The translations under genes and the position numbers were made by a program. From Candidatus Omnitrophota bacterium (lineage in GTDB: Bacteria > Omnitrophota > Gorgyraeia > 2-01-FULL-45-10), in assembly GCA_043798375.1 (NCBI GenBank), contig JAZDOS010000028.1:28241-92240 (forward strand): a DNA stretch of 64,000 nucleotides. The letters are read 5' to 3'. A model generated the notes under the pieces. That model did no database searches. It worked only from the letters and a program-made list of their open reading frames with translations, and was not told where the DNA came from. This document shows, one piece after another, positions 57,543 through 64,000 of the stretch. The stretch's first letter is position 1; each line of letters begins with the position of its first letter.

Positions 57543-57570
57543 ATTATACAAAATCGTGAGTTTTTGTCAA
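57543..57570 (-). promoter_or_regulatory. sigma-70 promoter of groESL (TTGACA-16 nt-TATAAT on minus strand)
   Basis: Reverse complement reads ccTTGACAaaaactcacgattttgTATAATag. Confidence 0.8.
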
Positions 57571-57590
57571 GGAAAATTTTTTAAAATTTT

Positions 57591-58340
57591 TTAAATTTTC
57601 CGGTGGATAAGATAGAGGCCTTTTAAGGTGAGGTCCGCGTCGACCGCATGGATGGACTTCGCGTAAATTTTCATAAGGGAGGCGTTGCCGCCGGTCGCTA
57701 TAACTTTCAGGCCCTTACCCAATATCTTCCTGTATTCGAAAATGAGCCCGTCGCACATCTTGCCAAAGCCGAACAGTATTCCGCCGCGCATGCTGTTTAC
57801 CGTGTCCTTACCTATAATATCATGCGCTCTTTTCAATTTGACCTTCGGCAGGAGCGCCGTATCCCTGTAAAGGCCCGCGAGCGACATATCTATACCCGGC
57901 AGTATCAGCCCGCCCAGATACTCGCCCTTTTTTGATACGAGATCGAACGTTATCGCCGTTCCGAAATCGATTATCGCGCAGGGCGCGCCATAGATGGATG
58001 CGGCGGCGTAAGCATTAACTAATCTATCCTGGCCGACTTCGCTCTTTATCCTGTATAGATTCTTTACCGGAACCAATACGTCCCGCCCGACTATCGATAC
58101 GCGGCAATTCCCGATTTTGTTCAGCGACGCGGTCAGCCTGGATAAGGCAGGCGGTACTACGCTCGATATGATAATATCGGATGATGGAAACTTTCGAAAA
58201 TTTTTATCATACAGGGAATAGGAGTTCGTCGGGATCTTCATCTTTTTTATCAGCCGTTCCCCCTTGAATACGCCAATGGTAATATTGGTATTTCCTATAT
58301 CTACCGCTATCAAACGATCCTGCCTATTCACTTTATTCAC
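57591..58340 (-). CDS. coaX: type III pantothenate kinase
   Basis: LIAVDIGNTNITIGVF N-terminal ASKHA motif. 249 aa. 4-nt overlap with birA. Confidence 0.85.
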   Translation of the reverse strand: MNKVNRQDRLIAVDIGNTNITIGVFKGERLIKKMKIPTNSYSLYDKNFRKFPSSDIIISSVVPPALSRLTASLNKIGNCRVSIVGRDVLVPVKNLYRIKSEVGQDRLVNAYAAASIYGAPCAIIDFGTAITFDLVSKKGEYLGGLILPGIDMSLAGLYRDTALLPKVKLKRAHDIIGKDTVNSMRGGILFGFGKMCDGLIFEYRKILGKGLKVIATGGNASLMKIYAKSIHAVDADLTLKGLYLIHRKI

Positions 58341-59314
58341 CTCGCCATAACGATGTCACCTGACGAAACCTTCTCCAGGACTCCCGACTCTGTCCTCACA
58401 ACGAGTGAGCCATGTTCATCTATATTATGCACCTGGCCTTCGAACTGCCTATTCTGCATGATGACCTTTATCCTCGACCCAAGCATGGCCGAGAGTTCTT
58501 TCCATTCTTCTATTACCGGCTTAAATCCGTTTTTCTTCATAAGAAAATAGTCGCTTTCGAGATTCTCGAGCACTCTTCCCGTCAATTCTATTCTCGAGAG
58601 GTCCTCAGCCTTCCCCGCGCGCCGCAACTCTTCTTTAAGGGATGACGCGCCTTTAGGGAGAAGGCGAATGGGCGTATTAACATTGATGCCAATACCTATT
58701 ATAATAAAATCGACCATATCCTGCTCGGCTTTCATTTCGGTAAGTATGCCGCACACCTTTCTCGTGTTTACAAGTATATCATTGGGCCACTTTATCATCG
58801 CGTTAAGGCCGGTTAATTGCCTAATCGATTTAGCGGCCGCCACCGCGGAAAGAAGCGTTATTTTCGGGATCTCGTTCGGCGTTATCCCGGGCCTCAATAT
58901 GCAGGAGAGGTATATCCCGCCTTTCGAAGGCGAGGCCCAGCGCCTTCCCTGCCGCCCTTTGCCGAGGGCCTGTTCCTCGGCCAATATCACAGTGCCGTCT
59001 TTTGAGCCCTTTTCCGCCAATCCGTACGCCACTGTATTCGTCGAATCCACCTTCTTATATGAAATCAGGGATTTTCCTATGAGGCGTGTCTTCAATTTCC
59101 ACTTTATCTCATCGGGAATAAGGCTGTCCGGTATGCCGATAAGCCGATATCCAAGATGCGGGGAGGCTTCGATATCATAGCCTTCGGCCCTCAGTTTTTC
59201 GATATGTTTCCATATGGCGGCCCTCGATATGCCGGCAAGCTTGCATAGCTCCTCGCCCGATACGTGCGAGTCCGTGTTACTTCTTAATATGCCGAGTATC
59301 TTTTCGTCCAGCAT
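58337..59314 (-). CDS. birA: bifunctional biotin--[acetyl-CoA-carboxylase] ligase and biotin operon repressor
   Basis: N-terminal HTH ([31 protein letters not shown]), BPL catalytic block [10 protein letters not shown]-terminal SH3-like domain. Confidence 0.85.
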   Translation of the reverse strand: MLDEKILGILRSNTDSHVSGEELCKLAGISRAAIWKHIEKLRAEGYDIEASPHLGYRLIGIPDSLIPDEIKWKLKTRLIGKSLISYKKVDSTNTVAYGLAEKGSKDGTVILAEEQALGKGRQGRRWASPSKGGIYLSCILRPGITPNEIPKITLLSAVAAAKSIRQLTGLNAMIKWPNDILVNTRKVCGILTEMKAEQDMVDFIIIGIGINVNTPIRLLPKGASSLKEELRRAGKAEDLSRIELTGRVLENLESDYFLMKKNGFKPVIEEWKELSAMLGSRIKVIMQNRQFEGQVHNIDEHGSLVVRTESGVLEKVSSGDIVMAR

Positions 59315-61280
59315 CCAGCTTCTCCTTCAGCTCCCTGATCTGGTCCCTTAAAACGGCCGCTCTTTCGAACTGCAGGTTTCTCGCGGCAACTTCCATGTCG
59401 TGCTGCAATTCCGCTATGAGGCTGGTCACATCATATTCTTCGGCTGTCTCCTCGACTACGCCCTCGATCACCTCGCGCGCCTTCCTGTACGACTCTATCC
59501 CATCTCTTACGGCCTTTTGTATGGACTGCGGGGTCACGTGATGGGCTTTGTTAAATTCCAATTGTATCTCACGCCGCCTTATCGACTCACCGATCGCCTT
59601 CTTCATCGATCTGGTAACGGTGTCCGCGTACATCAGGACCGCGCCGTGGACGTGGCGCGCGGCCCGGCCCGCGACCTGTATGAGGCTCGTACCGCTGCGC
59701 AGGAATCCTTCCTTGTCCGCGTCGAGAATCACGACAAGCGACACCTCCGGCAGGTCCAGCCCTTCCCTCAGGAGGTTAATACCTACCAGGCAGTCGAATT
59801 TGTTGAGCCTAAGGTCTCTCAATATCTCGACCCGTTCGATCGCGCCGATCTCCGAATGGAGATACTTGACCTTCAGCCCAAATTCGTTCAAATATCCGGT
59901 AAGGTCCTCGGAAAGCCGCTTGGTGAGCGTCGTGACGAGAACGCGCTCCTTCCGCCCGGCCCTTATTCTAATCTCTTTTATCAGGTCGTCTATCTGATTT
60001 TCGGTCGGCCTTACCTCTATGGGCGGATCGACGAGGCCGGTGGGCCTTATGATCTGCTCAACTACATTACCTTTCGACTTTTCGATCTCATAGTCATCCG
60101 GGGTCGCCGAAACAAATACGGACTGAGATACCAGTTTCTCGAACTCTTCGAACTTGAGGGGCCTGTTATCCAGGGCGGACGGAAGCCTGAAGCCGTAATT
60201 GACGAGGGTCTCTTTCCTCGCCCTGTCCCCGTTATACATACCGCGCAACTGCGGTATCGTAACATGCGATTCGTCTATAAACGTCAGGAAGCCCTTCGGA
60301 AAATAATCTATCAGGCACCAGGGCCTCTCGCCCTGCGGCCTTCCGGACAGGTGGCGCGAATAGTTCTCTATGCCGCTGCAATATCCCATCTCTCTCATCA
60401 TCTCGATATCATAGCGCGTCCTCGATTCAAGGCGCTGGGCCTCGAGGAGCTTATTCTGCGACCTCAATTCCTCAAGCCGCGCGGTAAGCTCTTCGGCGAT
60501 CGACTTTACCGCCGCCTCTATCCTGTCGGGCGTCGTCACGAAATGTTTCGCCGGATATATACCGGCCTTTTTAACGTTCGTCACGATGTTTCCGGTCAAC
60601 GGATCTATTTCGCATATGCGCTCGATCTTATCGTCCGACTGCTCGATCCTGTACGCCGTCTTTGTGTACGCCGGAAATACTTCGACTGTGTCGCCCCGCA
60701 CCCTGAACGTCGAGCGCTTGAAATCATAATCATTTCTTGTGTAATGTATCGAGATAAGTTTTTTTATAATCTCGTCGCGGCCGACATCTTCTCCCTCTTC
60801 CAAAAATACAAGCATCTCGCCGTATTCTTCCGGCGAGCCCAAGCCGTAGATACAGGAGACGCTTGCGACTATAATGCAGTCGTCCCGCGACATGAGGGAG
60901 CTCGTGGCCGAAAGCCTTAAGGCGTCTATATCCTCATTGATCGACGAGTCTTTCTCGATATATATATCGGTATGGGGAATATATGCCTCGGGCTGGTAAT
61001 AATCGTAGTAGCTTACGAAATATTCGACCGCGTTCTCCGGAAAGAATTCCTTGAATTCGCTGTATAGCTGGGCGGCGAGCGTCTTATTGTGCGAGACGAT
61101 GAGGGCGGGCTTGCCGATATTCGCGATGATATTAGCAACGACGAAAGTTTTGCCCGACCCCGTGACTCCGAGAAGAGTCTGGTAAGGCGCTTTGTCTTTC
61201 AGGCCTTGGGTAAGTTTTGCGATCGCTTCGGGTTGGTCTCCTTCGGGTTTAAAATTTGATACGAGTTTGAAATTTGCCAT
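59277..61280 (-). CDS. uvrB: excinuclease ABC subunit B
   Basis: [17 protein letters not shown]...GVTGSGKTF start, helicase motifs, C-terminal UVR domain. Confidence 0.95.
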   Translation of the reverse strand: MANFKLVSNFKPEGDQPEAIAKLTQGLKDKAPYQTLLGVTGSGKTFVVANIIANIGKPALIVSHNKTLAAQLYSEFKEFFPENAVEYFVSYYDYYQPEAYIPHTDIYIEKDSSINEDIDALRLSATSSLMSRDDCIIVASVSCIYGLGSPEEYGEMLVFLEEGEDVGRDEIIKKLISIHYTRNDYDFKRSTFRVRGDTVEVFPAYTKTAYRIEQSDDKIERICEIDPLTGNIVTNVKKAGIYPAKHFVTTPDRIEAAVKSIAEELTARLEELRSQNKLLEAQRLESRTRYDIEMMREMGYCSGIENYSRHLSGRPQGERPWCLIDYFPKGFLTFIDESHVTIPQLRGMYNGDRARKETLVNYGFRLPSALDNRPLKFEEFEKLVSQSVFVSATPDDYEIEKSKGNVVEQIIRPTGLVDPPIEVRPTENQIDDLIKEIRIRAGRKERVLVTTLTKRLSEDLTGYLNEFGLKVKYLHSEIGAIERVEILRDLRLNKFDCLVGINLLREGLDLPEVSLVVILDADKEGFLRSGTSLIQVAGRAARHVHGAVLMYADTVTRSMKKAIGESIRRREIQLEFNKAHHVTPQSIQKAVRDGIESYRKAREVIEGVVEETAEEYDVTSLIAELQHDMEVAARNLQFERAAVLRDQIRELKEKLDAGRKDTRHIKK

Positions 61281-62179
61281 TAAATTATTTCCAACGACAT
61301 ATCGGTAGAATTGACGGATGCGGTAAGGGGGCCTATCGATATCATATCAACCTTTATTTTCGCGTATTCTTCGACGTTCTCCAGCGTAATGCCGCCGGAT
61401 ACCTCAAAAAGAGGCTTTACCCTGGAAAGGCGCCTTATTTCGACACACGCCAACACATCCCGCGAACTCATATTGTCGAGCATTATAATGTCCGGCTTCC
61501 CGGCCAGCGCGTCATTGAACTCTTCCATCGTAGTAACTTCTATCTCTATAACCGTGCCTTTTAAATTTTTCTTTCTGGCCGTTTCAATTAGATTTTTCAA
61601 AGTTTTTTCTTTTCCTGTACCCTGTACCCTGCCTGCCCCGAGCGAAGTCGAGGGGTACCCTGCACCCTTAATGTGGTTATCTTTAATAAGCACCTGATCG
61701 TAAAGCCCCATCCTGTGGTTTGCCCCGCCTCCTGTAAAAACGGCGTACTTTTCAAGATACCTTAATAGCGGCAGGGTTTTACGCGTATCGAGAATCTTTA
61801 CGCCGTAGGGCTTCGCCTTATCGACAAATTGTTTCGTTTTTGTGGCGATCCCGCATAACATCGAAAGGAAATTCAGCATTGTGCGCTCCGCCCGCAGGAT
61901 CGAGGCCGCATGGCCTTCAAGGAAAACGATCTCTTTCCCTCTTCCAACGTAATCAGAGTCCCTGCAGTTCGGCTTAAATCTTACGCTGTAATCGACCTGG
62001 GCCATCGCCCATTCGGCGATCTCCAACCCGCACACCACGCAATCCTCATTCACGATGATGCCGGCTTTGCAGCCGGCGAATTTATCAACGAGGGCGCTCG
62101 TCGTGATATCGCCTTTTCCGATATCCTCTTTGAGAGCCGCTTTTATGATAGCAAGCGCCCTCTCCTTTTCAAGCTTCAT
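61280..62179 (-). CDS. nadC: nicotinate-nucleotide pyrophosphorylase (carboxylating), carrying a ~22-aa in-frame insertion encoded by a GGTACCCTG-type repeat
   Basis: QPRTase blocks (LIKDNHI, IIMLDNM, EVSGGIT). Extra segment [22 protein letters not shown] between DNHIKGAG and LIETARK is encoded by 61612-61680. Confidence 0.85.
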   Translation of the reverse strand: MKLEKERALAIIKAALKEDIGKGDITTSALVDKFAGCKAGIIVNEDCVVCGLEIAEWAMAQVDYSVRFKPNCRDSDYVGRGKEIVFLEGHAASILRAERTMLNFLSMLCGIATKTKQFVDKAKPYGVKILDTRKTLPLLRYLEKYAVFTGGGANHRMGLYDQVLIKDNHIKGAGYPSTSLGAGRVQGTGKEKTLKNLIETARKKNLKGTVIEIEVTTMEEFNDALAGKPDIIMLDNMSSRDVLACVEIRRLSRVKPLFEVSGGITLENVEEYAKIKVDMISIGPLTASVNSTDMSLEII

Positions 62180-62421
62180 TCCTGTCCCAGTTCTCCAAAC
62201 TTATCGCTTTCCACGACATCCGGCAGCCCCGTATTTTCGTCGTAGATACCGCCCGGCGCCATCGGATCGTCGTCATTGACGCCGTAATCCTCTTCCACTA
62301 CGGCTGTCTCGGCCCCGCCGGTATCTATCTCTTTCAAATCATTACCCGCATTTTCTTCCGCGCCGGAAACCCCGGCCAATAATCCAAAAACCAGCGCACC
62401 CACTAAACACAGATATTTCAT
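62176..62421 (-). CDS. small acidic secreted protein, hypothetical
   Basis: Signal peptide MKYLCLVGALVFGLLAGVSGA then an Asp/Glu-rich 60 aa. Confidence 0.3.
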   Translation of the reverse strand: MKYLCLVGALVFGLLAGVSGAEENAGNDLKEIDTGGAETAVVEEDYGVNDDDPMAPGGIYDENTGLPDVVESDKFGELGQE

Positions 62422-62473
62422 ATGCTTCCCCTTTCTATCCTACCCCGTTAGAAATCTTTCACTCTATAGAATG

Positions 62474-63999
62474 TCAAGTATTTCTAACGGGGCCTATCTC
62501 TTTAATATTATCCTTTATCTTTTTGGCCTGCGATTCCAATTCTACTTTCCGCGTTTTCTGTTTCTCTATAACCTCCCCGGGGGCTTTCCCTGTGAAATCT
62601 TTATCCTTCAGCCTTGCGGCGATAGCCTTTATTTCGCCGCCAATCCTGGCTTCTTCCTTAGAAAGGCGCGCCTTCTCTTTTTCGAAATCTATCAGGCCCT
62701 CGAGAGGAAGATAAACCTCCATGGAGCCTACAACGCTCACGGCGGCGTTCTTGGGCCTATCGACTTTGCTTATCTTAAGATCCTCGGCCCTGGTAAGCTG
62801 TTTTATAAAACCGACGTTCTCCGTCAACAGCTTCTCATCTTTCGCCCGGTGCGTTTTTATAGCGGCGCGAATCTGGAGCTTGGGTTCTATATTCCAGACG
62901 CTCCTCATATTCCTGACGGCGGTTATAAGCTCTATCAGCACCCTCATGTCCGATTCCGCCTCACCGGAGATCATCTCTTTCTGAAGGTGAGGCCAGGGCT
63001 CGGCCATAATAGAAGCGCCTTCCCCGGGCATAGTGAGCTTTTGCCATATCTCTTCCGTAATGAACGGCATGAACGGATGAGCGATCCGTAAACTCTTCTC
63101 CAATACTTTATACAGGATGGTTTGCACAGCCGGCTCGTTTATCCTCGATTTCGCTATCTCGATATACCAGTCGCAGAATTCATGCCATAAGAACTCGTAT
63201 ATGGAGTTCGCGGCTTCGTTGAACTTGTATTCGTCGAGGCATTTCGTCACGCAGCCGAGGGTCGAATAAAACCTGGATAATATCCACCTGTCGGGAAGCG
63301 ACAGCTTTGAGCCTTTATAGAAAACACAGAGATCCTTAGCCGCGGATCCGGCCTTTAAATTGGCAAGGATGAACCGCGACGCGTTCCAGATCTTGTTCGC
63401 GAAATTCCTTCCGAGCTCGAATTTACCTTCGGACAGGAAGACGTCCTGCCCCTGGGCGGTTATCGATATGATGCTGAACCTGAGCGCGTCCGTCCCGTAT
63501 TTCTCGATCATGTCCAGGGGGTCGATGATATTACCCAGGGACTTCGACATCTTCGTCCCCGTGATATCTCTCACGGTGCCGTGGATATAGACGTCTCTAA
63601 AGGGTATGTCTCCCATAAACTCGCATCCCGCCATTATCATGCGCGCCACCCAGAAGAATATTATCTCCTGCGCGGTGATGAGCGAACTCGTCGGATAAAA
63701 ATATTTCAACGCAGGCGTTTCTTTGGGCCAGCCGAATATCGAGAATGGCCACAGCCATGACGAGAACCACGTGTCGAGGACGTCGGGATCCTGTTCGATA
63801 TCCGTCGATCCGCATTCCGGGCATTTTTCCGGCCTCGTTTTGGAAACTATAATGCCTTTCTCGGTTTTCGGTTTTTGGTTATCGGTTTTCGGCGATAACC
63901 TATCACCGCTAACCGATAACCCGGCTTCTTGGCATCTTCTGCAATAATATACGGGAATGCGGTGCCCCCACCATATCTGCCTTGAAATACACCAATCCC
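62474..63999 (-). CDS. valS: valine--tRNA ligase, partial (N-terminal part beyond window end)
   Basis: KMSKSLGN motif and DVLDTWFSSWLWPFSIFGWPKETPALKYFYPTSSLITAQEIIFFWVARMIMAG. Manual translation shows the reading frame stays open upstream of the track start to the window end (…RIPVYYCRRCQEAGLSVSGDRLSPKTDNQKPKTEKGIIVSKTRPEKCPECGSTDIEQDPDVLDTWFSS…). Confidence 0.9.
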   Translation of the reverse strand, partial: DWCISRQIWWGHRIPVYYCRRCQEAGLSVSGDRLSPKTDNQKPKTEKGIIVSKTRPEKCPECGSTDIEQDPDVLDTWFSSWLWPFSIFGWPKETPALKYFYPTSSLITAQEIIFFWVARMIMAGCEFMGDIPFRDVYIHGTVRDITGTKMSKSLGNIIDPLDMIEKYGTDALRFSIISITAQGQDVFLSEGKFELGRNFANKIWNASRFILANLKAGSAAKDLCVFYKGSKLSLPDRWILSRFYSTLGCVTKCLDEYKFNEAANSIYEFLWHEFCDWYIEIAKSRINEPAVQTILYKVLEKSLRIAHPFMPFITEEIWQKLTMPGEGASIMAEPWPHLQKEMISGEAESDMRVLIELITAVRNMRSVWNIEPKLQIRAAIKTHRAKDEKLLTENVGFIKQLTRAEDLKISKVDRPKNAAVSVVGSMEVYLPLEGLIDFEKEKARLSKEEARIGGEIKAIAARLKDKDFTGKAPGEVIEKQKTRKVELESQAKKIKDNIKEIGPVRNT

Positions 64000-64000
64000 T

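Noticed and set aside
59400-60920. 506-aa plus-strand ORF
   Set aside because: Lies entirely antisense within uvrB, is Arg/Leu-rich with no motifs, and is a typical shadow ORF of a conserved gene.
63597-63824. 75-aa minus-strand ORF overlapping valS
   Set aside because: Manual translation shows the ValRS frame continues through this region. This ORF is an out-of-frame shadow.

Overview
This 64 kb window reads as bacterial chromosome (about 48% GC) with almost every gene on the minus strand. I would guess an uncultivated lineage but cannot assign a phylum from the sequence.

The left third (1-17 kb) is an accessory cell-surface glycan region. It holds a partial Wzy/O-antigen-ligase-like ORF, three glycosyltransferases (2x GT4, 2x GT2 counted across the cluster), three SAM/FkbM-type methyltransferases and a Wzx flippase. 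Next come an APH/choline-kinase-fold kinase and an unusual fusion of a thymidylate-kinase-like P-loop domain with a nucleotidyltransferase-like domain. The region ends in a PEP-CTERM (exosortase-type) EPS export locus: a minimal lipobox plus PEP-CTERM protein, a BY-kinase ATPase with a Tyr-rich tail, an ExeA-like AAA ATPase, a Wzz chain-length determinant, and a Wza-like exporter that carries an N-terminal MerR-type HTH. This glycan cluster is interrupted by an apparent insertion that leaves an epimerase 3' remnant, an IVS-type four-helix-bundle gene flanked by inverted repeats, and a RhuM/Fic-Doc family gene. rpoN lies divergently next to the EPS locus.

From 18.6 to 23 kb there is a second accessory patch. 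It contains a candidate two-gene module: a protein with a PD-(D/E)xK-like motif and a winged helix, followed by an AbiEii/MNT-like nucleotidyltransferase split by a frameshift. It also contains two small membrane proteins and a DUF4143 AAA ATPase bracketed by about 90 bp near-identical direct repeats that encode a small ORF. A second Wzx flippase follows, then a PAC2-like protein, a thermonuclease and a glycine-zipper repeat protein.

The right half is mostly housekeeping:
- redox and lipid A: FAD oxidase, iron-sulfur flavoprotein plus ferredoxin, EndoIII-like glycosylase, lpxA
- outer-membrane barrels, a PHP phosphoesterase, tRNA-Arg(CCT) and a HigB(Gp49)/HigA pair
- central metabolism and transcription: apt, a compact sigma-70, ppdK
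- translation and nucleic-acid maintenance: glyQS, recO, a DgkA-PAP2 fusion, ybeY, aspS, hisS, hup, dnaE
- purine, chaperone and cofactor genes: a CBS-less IMPDH-family gene, groESL with a textbook CIRCE plus sigma-70 promoter, coaX, birA, uvrB, nadC
- valS, which runs off the window end.

Non-coding structure is unusually rich. A 62-65 bp palindromic intergenic element (core ATACAACCTGCGAGGTT ... AACCTCGCAGGTTGTAT) occurs at least five times plus a degenerate copy. An AGGGTACAGGG-type repeat has been inserted in-frame into nadC and sits at the 5' end of ybeY. A TAGCGTTTAG-type repeat occupies two intergenic spacers, and an identical GAAGGTGCCTGGCACCTCTTTT hairpin occurs twice. There are several operator- or terminator-like palindromes.

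No CRISPR array and no rRNA gene was seen.
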